A program made the translations under genes and the position numbers. This document shows, piece by piece, positions 30,286 to 40,272 of a stretch of DNA of 64,000 nucleotides. Position 1 is the first letter of the stretch. Every line of letters starts with the position of its first letter. Under the pieces are notes generated by a model. The model worked only from the letters and a program-made list of their open reading frames with translations. It was not told the origin of the DNA and searched no databases. Source of the DNA: an uncultured Actinomycetota bacterium (GTDB lineage Bacteria > Actinomycetota > Actinomycetes > DATJPE01); contig CAWDUP010000004.1 in NCBI GenBank assembly GCA_963805505.1, positions 189,382-253,381 on the forward strand. Reading direction: 5' to 3'.

Positions 30286-30762
30286 GTGACCACCTGGCTC
30301 ACCCAGGAGGCCTACGACCGCCTCAAGGCCGAATACGACCACGCCACCGGAGAGGGTCGTGACTTCATCGTCAAGCGGATAGAAGCCGCGCGCGAGGAGG
30401 GCGACCTCAAAGAGAACGGCGGCTATCACGCCGCCAAGGACGAACAGGGCAAGAACGAGGCGCGGATCCGCCAGCTGCGCCAGCTGCTCGAGGATGCCGA
30501 GGTCGGAGAGGCTCCACCCACGGCCGATGGCGTCGTCGGGCTCGGCCAGGTGGTGACGGTGGACTTGATGGGAGATGACCTTCGGTTCCTGCTGGGAAGT
30601 CGAGAGGTCAGCGTCGGCGACGACCTCGACGTCTACAGCGAGCAGAGCCCGCTGGGGGCCGCCGTCTTCGGGGCATCGGTGGGCGACACCGTGTCCTACG
30701 ACGCCCCGAACGGTCGAACCATCAAGGTCGAGATCAAAGCTGTGGAGCCGTACTCAGGTTGA
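30286..30762 (+). CDS. greA: transcription elongation factor GreA
   Basis: LTQEAYDRLKAEYDH...GDLKENGGYHAAKDEQ; RBS AGGAGG; GTG start. Confidence 0.95.
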   Translation: MTTWLTQEAYDRLKAEYDHATGEGRDFIVKRIEAAREEGDLKENGGYHAAKDEQGKNEARIRQLRQLLEDAEVGEAPPTADGVVGLGQVVTVDLMGDDLRFLLGSREVSVGDDLDVYSEQSPLGAAVFGASVGDTVSYDAPNGRTIKVEIKAVEPYSG

Positions 30763-30780
30763 GGGTTGGTCCCTGCTCAC

Positions 30781-31626
30781 TCAGGTGGTGACCGTCGCCT
30801 TGTAGCGACGGACCGCCAGCGGGACGAACACGACCAGGATCGCCACCGTCCACACGACGGACATCAACACCGGATGCTGCTGAGGGAACTGGTCCCCGGG
30901 TAGGCCGGTGGGGTTGCCGAACAGCTCTCGCGCGGCGAGCGTGACGCTGGACAGCGGGTTCCACGCCGCGATCGTCTGCAGGCCGGCAGGCATGCCCTGA
31001 AGGGGCACGAAGGCGTTGGAAAGGAACGTCAGCGGGAACAGCCACACCAGCCCTGCAGTGTTGGCGACCTCCGGACTCGGCATGTGGAGACCGACCCAGG
31101 CCCCGATCCAGCTCATGGCATAGCCGAACGCCAACAACAAAGCGAAGCCAGCCGCTACCTCGGCCACGGAGGTGTGAGTCCGCCAACCGATGAGCAGCCC
31201 GGTGGCGGCCAGCACGCTGAGGGTGATGATGGCGCGCACCACATCCGAGGTCGTGCGTCCCATGACGACGGCAGATGCAGCCATCGGCAGTGACCGGAAT
31301 CGATCGATGATTCCCTTGCTCATGTCCTCGGAAAGGCCGACCGTGGTCGCGGCCGCGTTGAAGGCGACGGTCTGCGCGAAGATGCCGGCCATCAGGTATT
31401 CCTTGTAGTCGCCCCCGCCCGGCACGGGGATCGCGCCGCCGAACACGAACGCGAACAGCAGAACGAAGATGATCGGCTGCACGATGGAGAAGAAGAGCAG
31501 CTCAGGCACCCGGGGGATCTTCAGCAGATCACGCTTGGCAACCACCCATCCGTCGGACAGGAGCCACCCCAGTGGGGGGCGGCGACCGCTGCCTGGCTGC
31601 GCCGCGGTCAGGTCGATGCTGGTCAC
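30781..31626 (-). CDS. ABC-2 type transporter permease (DrrB-like)
   Basis: 281 aa with 6 TM; its start overlaps the stop of the ATPase gene. Confidence 0.85.
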   Translation of the reverse strand: MTSIDLTAAQPGSGRRPPLGWLLSDGWVVAKRDLLKIPRVPELLFFSIVQPIIFVLLFAFVFGGAIPVPGGGDYKEYLMAGIFAQTVAFNAAATTVGLSEDMSKGIIDRFRSLPMAASAVVMGRTTSDVVRAIITLSVLAATGLLIGWRTHTSVAEVAAGFALLLAFGYAMSWIGAWVGLHMPSPEVANTAGLVWLFPLTFLSNAFVPLQGMPAGLQTIAAWNPLSSVTLAARELFGNPTGLPGDQFPQQHPVLMSVVWTVAILVVFVPLAVRRYKATVTT

Positions 31627-32627
31627 GATGAACTCCTCGCGTTCGCCGGGTCGATGGTGTCCTCGGTCCTGGGGTCGGCGTCCTCTTCAGCCGCGTGGCC
31701 GGTCAAGGACATGAACACGTCGTCCAGGGTCGGGCGACGTAGCGCGACGTCGTCGAGCTCGACCCCGGCTGCGTCGAGAGCCCGGATCGCGCTCAGCAGC
31801 GTCCCGGTCCCCCCGGCGACCGGGATCGTGACGCTGCGCGCATCGGTGTCGGTGGCCGCCTCTCCGCTGGCGAGGGGCCGCAGAGCCAGCTCCGCCTGAC
31901 CGATCTGGTCAGGCGTGCGAACAACGATCTCGACCCGGTCGCCACCGACGGAATCCTTCAGCGCGCTGGCTGTGCCGTGGGCGATCACCTTGCCGTGGTC
32001 GACGACGACGATGTCGTCGGCTAGCCGGTCTGCCTCCTCGAGGTATTGGGTCGTGAGGAGCACCGTGGTCCCATCGCTGACGAGGTCGCTGATGACGTCC
32101 CACATCTGTAGGCGGGAGCGCGGGTCGAGTCCCGTGGTCGGCTCGTCCAGAAACAAGATGGGTGGGCTGGCAACCAAGCTGGCCGCCAGGTCGAGCCGAC
32201 GACGCATCCCGCCGGAGTAGGTCTTGGATGGTCGGTCGGCGGCCTCGACGAGGTCGAAGCGTTCCAGCAGGTCCTGACCGCGCCGGCGGACGTAGCCCGG
32301 GTCGAGGTGGTAGAGGCGCCCGACCATGTTGAGGTTCTCGCGGCCGGTGAGGTATTCGTCGACGGCTGCAGTCTGACCGGTGAGACCGATCAGCCGGCGT
32401 ACGTCTCCCGGGCGCTTGAGGACGTCGATCCCTCCCACGAACGCGCGGCCGGAGTCCGGTGCAAGCAAGGTCGTGAGCACCCGAACGGTCGTCGTCTTGC
32501 CGGCCCCGTTCGGGCCGAGGAGACCGACCACAGCCCCCTCTGGGACGGTGAGGTCGACCCCGTCGAGGGCGCGTACCTCGCCCTTGAAGGTCTTGACCAG
32601 ACCCTCGGCCACGATGGCATCGGTCAT
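31623..32627 (-). CDS. ABC transporter ATP-binding protein (DrrA-like)
   Basis: Walker A GPNGAGKTTT, signature YSGGMRRRLDLAASL, Walker B LFLDEPTTGLD. Confidence 0.9.
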   Translation of the reverse strand: MTDAIVAEGLVKTFKGEVRALDGVDLTVPEGAVVGLLGPNGAGKTTTVRVLTTLLAPDSGRAFVGGIDVLKRPGDVRRLIGLTGQTAAVDEYLTGRENLNMVGRLYHLDPGYVRRRGQDLLERFDLVEAADRPSKTYSGGMRRRLDLAASLVASPPILFLDEPTTGLDPRSRLQMWDVISDLVSDGTTVLLTTQYLEEADRLADDIVVVDHGKVIAHGTASALKDSVGGDRVEIVVRTPDQIGQAELALRPLASGEAATDTDARSVTIPVAGGTGTLLSAIRALDAAGVELDDVALRRPTLDDVFMSLTGHAAEEDADPRTEDTIDPANARSSS

Positions 32628-32711
32628 GAGTTGCGTCTCCCTAGTCGTGACAGTCGTGCTCGTGGGTTCGGTTTGTCTTGTTGGGTCGCTGCAGCTGGGC
32701 CAAGGGATGAA

Positions 32712-32927
32712 CTACCCCGCTGCGAGGGGGCGAGTGGCCCTTCGAGCGTATGACTGATCGGTTGCGGCGAGAACGAGGCGGGCGCGGGCGGCCTGGCGCT
32801 CGGCTCGCGCCAGCTGCCGGCGTGCGCGGGCCTGGGCCAGCAGCTGACGGCGGGGCCGGTCCTGGCTCACCTGAACGAGCCGATCGCTGTGAACCTGGAG
32901 GTGATGGGCATAGATCGTTTCGGACAT
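32712..32927 (-). CDS. small Arg-rich hypothetical protein (about 71 aa)
   Basis: ATG at 32927 preceded by GAGGAG at good spacing; it lies between the DUF2089 gene and the ABC ATPase gene on the same strand. No known domain. Confidence 0.3.
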   Translation of the reverse strand: MSETIYAHHLQVHSDRLVQVSQDRPRRQLLAQARARRQLARAERQAARARLVLAATDQSYARRATRPLAAG

Positions 32928-32977
32928 GGCGGTGCTCCTCAAGGGGTTTTCGGGAGGGTTGTTGGGTGGTTGGGGGG

Positions 32978-33385
32978 TCAGCCGAGACCAGCAGCGAGCA
33001 GAGCAGCCTCGGCTTCGTCAACCGACATGCGACCTGCGGCCAGGTCGGCGAGCACTTTGTCGCGGTCCAGCGGCGGTTCGCTGCCTGGCCCTTCGAGCCC
33101 GAGGCGCACCAACAGCTCGGCGAAGCGCTGCCGGGCGGTCGGGTAGCTCACCCCGAGGTGTCGCTCGAGCTCGCGCATGTTGCCACGCGAGACCAGAAAA
33201 ACCCGCAGCATCTCGTGGTCCTCGGCCGAGAGGCCGGCGAACGGCGAGAGTTCGAACGACCCGGACAGTTCCGTGCCACAGCTGGCACATCCGAGCCGCG
33301 AGATGGTCAGGTGGGCCGCGCAGACCGGGCAGTCCCGCGGCGGGCGGTGCGCGTGCCCGGGGGACCGGGTGGCGAAGTCAGTCAT
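32978..33385 (-). CDS. DUF2089 domain protein (Zn-ribbon plus HTH; putative regulator)
   Basis: CPVCAAHLTISRLGCASCGTEL zinc ribbon, then the HTH LERHLGVSYPTARQRFAELL. Confidence 0.75.
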   Translation of the reverse strand: MTDFATRSPGHAHRPPRDCPVCAAHLTISRLGCASCGTELSGSFELSPFAGLSAEDHEMLRVFLVSRGNMRELERHLGVSYPTARQRFAELLVRLGLEGPGSEPPLDRDKVLADLAAGRMSVDEAEAALLAAGLG

Positions 33386-33387
33386 CG

Positions 33388-34296
33388 CTAGGCCCCCACA
33401 CTGATCTTGGCCGACCCGAGCTCGACCTTGACGTCGAGAGTTCCTTCACCAGCGCCGACCACGAGCGGACCTCTGCCGCCGCCGAGCTCCATGGAGCCCA
33501 GCTCGGCCCGCCCTTTGACCGTCACGTTCGAGCGCGGATCGAGACGCATCTTCACGCTGCCCAGCTCGCACCTCACCTGCGAGGCGCCGCCGTCAAGGAG
33601 CCAGTCGAGCTTGGCGCTTCCCGCCTCGACCCTTCCATCGATCTCGCCGGAACACTCCATGGCCTTGAGCGAGCCGGCTTCAACGGTGAAGCGCAGGCCG
33701 CCTTCGAGGCGCGTGGCCACCACGCTGCCTGCCTGAACCGTCACCTCGACGGGCAGCTCGGGACGGATCTTGACGACCACGGTCTCGGTGTTGCGCCAAC
33801 GACCGAAAGCCTTGCCGATCCGACGGGCGCCGGTCTCATAGGAGAAGTCCCCGAATCCCGGCTCGCCGTCGGTGTCGATGATGAGCGCTCCTCCGTCGCG
33901 CCGAGCCACATGCGGTCCCTCGACACTGGCTCCCACCACCGTGGGGTCACCCACGAGCACGACCGCGATGGCCGTGGCCCGGACGACGACCCGCTGGATC
34001 GGCCCGGACGAGGATTCCCCGCCGGCTGGGCCGGAACCCGATCCGGCAGGAGGTGGAACGACGCGGACGCCGCTGCGCGGCTCGCCTGCGGCGGTGGCCG
34101 ATGGATCGGTGGCGCCGGTCGACGACTCCGCGGCCAGTCGCTTGCTGGCCTCATCGGGGGCTAGGGCGCCGGCGGCGACCTGGGCCAGCAGGCTGCGAAG
34201 GTCAGTGTCTGTGGTGTCGCTTCCCGAGGTGTCGCGGCCTGTGGTGTTGGTGCCGGAGCTGTCGGTGTCTGGGGTGTCGTTCGATGTCATGGACAT
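33388..34296 (-). CDS. DUF4097-family beta-strand repeat protein (LiaG-like / putative adhesin)
   Basis: An acidic Ser/Thr-rich N-terminus is followed by repeated V..G..V..G beta-strand units typical of DUF4097. It is paired with the DUF2089 gene with a 2-bp gap. Confidence 0.7.
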   Translation of the reverse strand: MSMTSNDTPDTDSSGTNTTGRDTSGSDTTDTDLRSLLAQVAAGALAPDEASKRLAAESSTGATDPSATAAGEPRSGVRVVPPPAGSGSGPAGGESSSGPIQRVVVRATAIAVVLVGDPTVVGASVEGPHVARRDGGALIIDTDGEPGFGDFSYETGARRIGKAFGRWRNTETVVVKIRPELPVEVTVQAGSVVATRLEGGLRFTVEAGSLKAMECSGEIDGRVEAGSAKLDWLLDGGASQVRCELGSVKMRLDPRSNVTVKGRAELGSMELGGGRGPLVVGAGEGTLDVKVELGSAKISVGA

Positions 34297-34299
34297 GAT

Positions 34300-34327
34300 T
34301 TGACAACATACACTCTCAATCTGTCAA
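34300..34327. promoter_or_regulatory. TTGACA-N16-TGTCAA palindrome in an AT-rich spacer directly upstream of the DUF4097/DUF2089 operon start
   Basis: Seen directly. It holds the only near-consensus TTGACA in this region. The surrounding 55 bp are unusually AT-rich for this genome. Confidence 0.3.
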
Positions 34328-34349
34328 GTCCATCTTGTGTTTTTTCTTC

Positions 34350-35615
34350 TCAAGCGGCAGAGATCGCCTCGCGGACCCCGTAACCAGCCACGCGCAAGGC
34401 ACCCACGACCTGCTCGCAGTGCTCCGCGCTGCGCATCTCCAGCTGCAGACCGATCTCCACTTCGTCCACGCGTAGGCCGGGATCGGTGCGCAGGTGCTCC
34501 ACCTCCAAGACGTTGGCGTCGTTGTCGGCAAGGGTGGCGAGGAGCTTGGCCAGGTGTCCCGGCCGGTCGGGAACGCGCACGTGCAGCGCGAGGTAGCGCC
34601 CGGCGGCGGCGAGCCCGTGGCGGATGACTCTCAGCAGCAGCACCGGGTCGATGTTCCCCCCGGACAGCACCGCCACCACCGGTGGTTCGAACGCGCGCGG
34701 ATCGTCCATGATGGCCGCGACCGCTGCCGCGCCAGCGGGCTCGACAATCAGCTTGGCCCGCTCAAGACACAGGAGCAGCGCCCGCGAAAGCGACTCCTCG
34801 GAGACCGTGCGCATGTCGTCGACGAGTTGGCGCACCAGCGCGAACGGGACATCGCCTGGGCGTCCGACTGCGATCCCGTCGGCCATGGTCGCCATCTCTG
34901 ACAGGGCGACCGGATGGCCGGCGGTCAGGGATGGCGGGTAGGCCGCGGCGTTCTCGGCCTGCACCCCGACGACGCGGACATCGGGGCGCGCAGCCTTGAC
35001 CGCCAACGCAATTCCCGCCAGCAGTCCACCGCCTCCGGTGCACACGACGATCGTGCGCACCGACGGGCACTGATCAAGGATCTCCAGCCCCGTCGTTCCT
35101 TGCCCGGCCACGATGTCTGGGTGGTCGAAGGGGTGGATCAGCACCGCACCGGTCGTCTCGGAGAACTCCTGAGCGGCCTGCAGGCATTGTTCGATCACCT
35201 GCCCTTGCAAGCGCACCTCGGCGCCGTACGCGCGCGTGGCCGCGATCTTGGGGATCGTCGCTCCTTCCGGCATGAACACCGTGGACGAGATGTTCAACAG
35301 CTGTGAGGCGAGCGCGACCCCTTGCGCGTGGTTGCCAGCACTGGCGGCCACGACACCGCGGGCCCGCTCCTCGGCCGACAGCCGGGAAATCCGGTTGTAC
35401 GCACCGCGGATCTTGAACGACCCGGCCCTCTGCAGGTTCTCGCACTTCAGGTGCACCGGGCCACCCACCAGCTCGCTGAGCGGTCGGGAACCCTCCATGG
35501 GAGTTCGCCGAGCGACGCCCTCGAGTCGCTCGCGGGCGGCTTCGACGTCGGCGGCTGTCGGTGCCCTCGCCGCGGAAGGTGCCGTAGCGCGCGTGGTTTT
35601 GAGGTCGTCGGCCAT
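34350..35615 (-). CDS. ilvA: threonine ammonia-lyase (biosynthetic threonine dehydratase)
   Basis: PLP motif CENLQRAGSFKIRGA, GNHAQG, and a C-terminal ACT-like domain. Confidence 0.9.
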   Translation of the reverse strand: MADDLKTTRATAPSAARAPTAADVEAARERLEGVARRTPMEGSRPLSELVGGPVHLKCENLQRAGSFKIRGAYNRISRLSAEERARGVVAASAGNHAQGVALASQLLNISSTVFMPEGATIPKIAATRAYGAEVRLQGQVIEQCLQAAQEFSETTGAVLIHPFDHPDIVAGQGTTGLEILDQCPSVRTIVVCTGGGGLLAGIALAVKAARPDVRVVGVQAENAAAYPPSLTAGHPVALSEMATMADGIAVGRPGDVPFALVRQLVDDMRTVSEESLSRALLLCLERAKLIVEPAGAAAVAAIMDDPRAFEPPVVAVLSGGNIDPVLLLRVIRHGLAAAGRYLALHVRVPDRPGHLAKLLATLADNDANVLEVEHLRTDPGLRVDEVEIGLQLEMRSAEHCEQVVGALRVAGYGVREAISAA

Positions 35616-35644
35616 GGTGGGAGTCTGGCATCGGTGAGACGCTG

Positions 35645-37072
35645 GTGCGGATGTCTACCCCGGTCCAGTCCAAACCCGAGTCGGGTCCCACCTACAGATC
35701 GACTCGCCACGTGCCTCGACCGGCTGGGCCGAACAGCGCCGTGTTCATCGCCGCCATGCTGTCGGGCCGCGTGTCTCCGCACGACATGTTCACCAAGGTG
35801 GCGCGCGAGCACGGACGAATCGCCCACATCCGGCTCCCTAAGGAGCACCTCTACGTCTTGAGCCACCCCGACCTGGTCCGCTCTGTCTTCGTCACGCATG
35901 GGCGATCGACGATGAAGGGCCGCGGCGTCCAGCAGATGCGTCCCCTCCTAGGCGACGGCCTCCTGACCTCCGAAGGGGAGCTGCACCGCAGGCAGCGGCG
36001 ACTCGTGCAGCCCGCATTCCATCGGAAGCGGATCGAGGGGTACGCCGAGACGATGGTCCAGGTGGCGCTCGAGCGCAGTCGTGCCTGGCGGGACGGTGAG
36101 CCTGTCGACCTGTCCACCGAGATGTCTTCCCTCGCCCTGGACATCGTGGGAAAGACCTTGTTCGGTACCGACCTCAGCACGACAGCGTCGGAAGTGGCGG
36201 ACGCGCTGTCGGCCCTGCTTCACAACTTTCAACGCCGGATGACCGGAGGGGCAGACAGCTTGCTCGACCGCCTGCCGACCAGGGCCAACGCGCGTCGACA
36301 GCACGCCCTCGACACCCTCGACTCGATCATGGCCGAGCTGATTGCCGCTCACCGTGCTCACCCTGATGCTCCCACCGACACCGTGCTCTCGATGCTGTTG
36401 AGCGCGCGAGACGACGAGGGCGAAGGCCGAGGCATGTCCGACCGGCAGGTCCGCGACGAGGTCATGACCTTGGTGCTGGCTGGTCACGAGACGACCGCCA
36501 ATGCCCTGACCTGGGCCTGGTTCCTCTTGGGGCGGCACGCAGATGTTGCAGAGCGGCTGCATTCCGAGGTCGAGGCCTTACCAGCCGTACTCGATCTTGG
36601 TTGCGTCCAGGACCTTCCGTGGACCCGCGCTGTCGTCGCCGAGACTCTCCGGCTGTATCCACCTGCTTGGACCATCGGCCGTCGGACAACCGCCGACCTC
36701 GAGATCGACGGGTGGCTGGTGCCTGCTGGGTCGCTCACCCTGGCCAGCCAGTGGGTGCTCCATCGCGACCCACGATGGTGGGGGGACGGAGACGCGTTTC
36801 GCCCCGGCCGCTGGCTGGACGCGAGCGGCGCCTTCGACGAGACCGCGCCAGGGCAGCCCAAGGGAGCTTGGTTCCCGTTCGGCCTAGGCGCTCGGGTCTG
36901 CATCGGCGAGTCCTTCGCGTGGACCGAGGCCGTGCTGGTTCTCGCGACGCTGGCCCGCTCGTGGGCGCCGGTCATCATGGCTGACCGGGCGCCAGCCGTA
37001 CGTCCCGCGGTGACGCTTCGGCCACGTGACGGCATGCCCGCCATCCTGCGACGGCGCACACGCGACGGCTGA
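35645..37072 (+). CDS. cytochrome P450
   Basis: Heme loop FPFGLGARVCIGESFA and ETLRLYPP (ExxR region). Confidence 0.9.
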   Translation: MRMSTPVQSKPESGPTYRSTRHVPRPAGPNSAVFIAAMLSGRVSPHDMFTKVAREHGRIAHIRLPKEHLYVLSHPDLVRSVFVTHGRSTMKGRGVQQMRPLLGDGLLTSEGELHRRQRRLVQPAFHRKRIEGYAETMVQVALERSRAWRDGEPVDLSTEMSSLALDIVGKTLFGTDLSTTASEVADALSALLHNFQRRMTGGADSLLDRLPTRANARRQHALDTLDSIMAELIAAHRAHPDAPTDTVLSMLLSARDDEGEGRGMSDRQVRDEVMTLVLAGHETTANALTWAWFLLGRHADVAERLHSEVEALPAVLDLGCVQDLPWTRAVVAETLRLYPPAWTIGRRTTADLEIDGWLVPAGSLTLASQWVLHRDPRWWGDGDAFRPGRWLDASGAFDETAPGQPKGAWFPFGLGARVCIGESFAWTEAVLVLATLARSWAPVIMADRAPAVRPAVTLRPRDGMPAILRRRTRDG

Positions 37073-37157
37073 CGTGGGTCGCTCCCTCGACATGGACGCG
37101 CGCCGCGGCCACTGACAGGATCGAGGCCGCGAAACCCCCGACGCCGAGGAGTCTGTC

Positions 37158-38708
37158 GTGATCCACCCGAGCCCGCTTCCCGACGTCGAGATCCCCGACG
37201 AGCCTCTCCCGGAATACATCCTGGCGGGCGCGCGCGACCTGGGCGGCAAGCCTGCTCTGATCGACGGACCGTCCGGCCGGACCCTCACGTATGCCGATCT
37301 CGAGTCCGCCGTCCGAGCCTTGGCCGGCGGGCTGGTGGCCAACGGGTTCGCCAAGGGGGACGTCGTGGCGCTGATGGCACCAAACCTCCCGGAGTACGCC
37401 GTCATCTTCCACGGGGTGGCCCTCGCGGGGGGCATCGTGACCACGGTGAACCCGACCTACACCGCGCGGGAGGTCAGGTCGCAGCTCACCGACTCGGGCG
37501 CCACGCGGATGGTCACCGTGGCGCCATTTCTCGACATCGCCACCGAGGCGGCCGAGGGGACACGGGTCACGGAGGTCGTCGTGATCGGCGAGGCCGAAGG
37601 CGTCGCCTCGGTGACGTCGTGGTTCGGCGCCCCGTTGACTGCGCAAGTGCCGGTCAGCCCGGACGATGTGGTGGTGCTGCCGTACTCCTCGGGCACCACC
37701 GGCATCAACAAGGGAGTGATGCTCACCCACCGCAACCTGGCGGCCAACGTGGCTCAGGTCCTGGGGCCGGCCGACATCCGGGGCGATGAGACGTTCATCG
37801 CGGTCTTGCCGTTCTTCCACATCTACGGCATGCAGGTCTTGATGAACACCGGCCTGAAGGCTGGCTGCACGATCATCACCATGCCGCGCTTCGATCTGGA
37901 GATGTTCCTCGACCTGCACCAGAAGTACGGCATCACCCGGTCTTTCGTAGCACCGCCCATCGTGGTGGCGTTGGCCAAGCACCCGCTCGTCGACAAGTAC
38001 GACCTGTCCAAGCTGGAACAGGTGTTCTCCGGAGCGGCGCCGCTGTCTGCCGAGCTGGCACTGGAGACCGGAGCACGGCTGAACTGCGAGGTGGTCCAGG
38101 GATATGGCATGACGGAGGCATCTCCGGTCACCCAGCTGACTCCCCCAGGCGGCTTCAAGCCGGGCTCCGTCGGTGTGACCACTCCCAACACCGAGCTTCG
38201 CGTCGTCGACGTCGCAAGCGGTGCCGACCTAGACATCGACGCCGACGGTGAGCTGTGGATCCGAGGACCCCAGGTCATGAAGGGCTACCTCAACAACCCG
38301 GCCGCGACAGCAGCGACGATCGACGCAGACGGCTGGTTGCACACAGGCGACATCGGCCGGATCGACTCAGATGGGCACGTGTTCATCGTCGACCGGCTCA
38401 AAGAACTCATCAAGTCCAGCGGCTTCCAGGTGGCTCCCGCGGAATTGGAAGGACTGCTCCTCGAGCACCCCGCGGTTGCTGACGCAGCGGTCATCGGCCG
38501 CCCCGACGAGGCGCGTGGTGAGGTACCGGTGGCCTACGTCGTCCTGAAGGCCGGCGCTGAAGCCGATGCCGCCGACGTGGCAGCTTTCGTCGATGACCAG
38601 GTGGCTCACTACAAGCGATTGGGGAACGTCGAGTTCGTCGACGTGATCCCCAAGTCAGCAGCGGGCAAGATTTTGCGCCGCATGTTGCGTGACACGCCAG
38701 CCGGCTGA
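37158..38708 (+). CDS. AMP-dependent acyl/aryl-CoA ligase (4-coumarate-CoA ligase-like)
   Basis: AMP-binding motif [20 protein letters not shown] and GYGMTE; 516 aa; GTG start with RBS. Confidence 0.9.
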   Translation: MIHPSPLPDVEIPDEPLPEYILAGARDLGGKPALIDGPSGRTLTYADLESAVRALAGGLVANGFAKGDVVALMAPNLPEYAVIFHGVALAGGIVTTVNPTYTAREVRSQLTDSGATRMVTVAPFLDIATEAAEGTRVTEVVVIGEAEGVASVTSWFGAPLTAQVPVSPDDVVVLPYSSGTTGINKGVMLTHRNLAANVAQVLGPADIRGDETFIAVLPFFHIYGMQVLMNTGLKAGCTIITMPRFDLEMFLDLHQKYGITRSFVAPPIVVALAKHPLVDKYDLSKLEQVFSGAAPLSAELALETGARLNCEVVQGYGMTEASPVTQLTPPGGFKPGSVGVTTPNTELRVVDVASGADLDIDADGELWIRGPQVMKGYLNNPAATAATIDADGWLHTGDIGRIDSDGHVFIVDRLKELIKSSGFQVAPAELEGLLLEHPAVADAAVIGRPDEARGEVPVAYVVLKAGAEADAADVAAFVDDQVAHYKRLGNVEFVDVIPKSAAGKILRRMLRDTPAG

Positions 38709-40115
38709 CTGATCAGGCGCTGAGGAGGTATTCGATCCGGGCTTCGAGGTGGCTGTAGATCTCGGGTTGTCCGGCTGGCGGTGGTCGGCGTCCGGGGAGG
38801 AGTGGTGGGGCGGTGGAGTGGTAGGTGTGTCCGGTGGGGGTGGTGACCCGGACCCGGTGGGGGCGCCGCATGTCTGGACGGGTCGGTTTCGGTGGTCCAG
38901 CCGGGGGTTTGTTTGAGGTAGTTGCACCGTTCGCACAGTCCCTGACCGTTGGTCAGGCTGGTCCGGCCGCCTCGGGCGTGGTCGTGGAGGTGGTCGAGGT
39001 GCCGGATCGCCGCGTCACACCACGGGGTGCGACAGGTCTGGTCGCGGGTGGTGATGAACCGGCGCATCCCGCGGGGGAAGACCCTGCGGGTGGACTCCAC
39101 CTGCGTCAACGCCCCGCTTTGGGGGTGGGTGTAGAGCCGGCGCAGCCACACCTTCGCGTCCCGGTCAGCCGAACTCGACCAGCTCACGCGCGATCCCGGC
39201 CGGGACCGGTCCGTAGCCGGGGATCCGCGCGGGCGCGTCGTCCTGGCCGAGCAGGGTCGGGTCGGAGAGCACGACCTGCACCTCGACCGGGACCGCGGCG
39301 GCGGCGGTTTGGCCGGTGACGCGTTCGATCAGGGTGTCGGCCATCACCTGCCCCCGGTTGCGTGGATCTCCTTGGGCGCGGGCTGTGGCGGCGGCTTCCT
39401 GCAGGGAGGTGATCACCGCGACCCCACCGGCGACCGGCAACAACGCACCGAGCTGGCTCATCGCGTCCGGGGCCGGTCGCAGGCTGACCCGACGCTCCTG
39501 CACCGCCCGCGCGGCCCGCTCCACGGCGGCCTGGGCGTCGAGCCGGTAGCCGATCGCCCGGACCCGGCCGGTCAGCTCCCGGTCCCCCAAGCAGGACAGC
39601 TGGTCAAGATCGGTGCACAGCTCGGCGTCCAGGACCCTGCGGTCGGTGGGGGTGAGGGAGGAGGACTCCCGCACGATGATCCCGGCCCGGGTCTCACTGA
39701 TCAGCCCGGCCTGCAGGGCGGCCAACGTGGCCGGCAGGTCCTCGACCAGCGCGGTGGCGATCGTGACCTGCCGGGCGCCCTGATGCGGGGACAACCGGCG
39801 CGCGAACCCGACCTGCGCCCCCACCGACGACCGAGACCGCTCCGCATCCCGGCGCGCCCGCCACGCCTCGAACCCCTCCGACCCCGCCCGCACCCGCGCC
39901 GCGTGCTCCTCAACGCTGCGTCGCTGCTCGGACACGGTCAACGCCGCGGTCACCCGCACCTGCGCCGCCGCCACCGCGGCCTTCAACTCCTCCAACGCAC
40001 GCAGCTGATCGATCCCCTGACAAGCAGCACCTGCCACGATTCCCAGCCCGGTCAGCCGGGTCGCCAGCGCGCCGATCTCGGTCGCGGTGACCGCTGCGCT
40101 CGGGGTGGATGACAT
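38609..40115 (-). pseudogene. DUF222 plus HNH endonuclease gene (13E12-repeat-family type) disrupted by a frameshift
   Basis: The DUF222 region (39165..40115) ends at a stop and overlaps by 23 bp the HNH ORF (38609..39187; [25 protein letters not shown]...[17 protein letters not shown]). The Pro-rich tail of the HNH ORF overlaps the 3-prime end of the CoA ligase gene and is probably not coding. Confidence 0.65.
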
Positions 40116-40272
40116 GCCTGAACTCTAGAACAAGGCACCGACAGTTCCACGACCGTGCACAGGCGGATTCCTGTTTATTCACAACAGGTTTCTGTAGCAG
40201 ACCGCACCGACAACCCCTGGTGCTTGTCCACAGATGCGAGCTGCGGGGTTGCGAACTGGCTCTCGACCTGAG

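Noticed and set aside
34288-34349. Defined sigma-70 promoter and leaderless start for the DUF4097 gene
   Set aside because: TTGACA is present, but the best-spaced -10 candidate (TCAAAT) lacks the conserved A2, so only the palindrome is reported, not a promoter call.
38609-38900. C-terminal 95 aa of the HNH ORF as genuine coding sequence
   Set aside because: It is Pro/Thr-rich, overlaps the convergent CoA-ligase gene by 100 bp, and fits the mutational decay implied by the frameshift.
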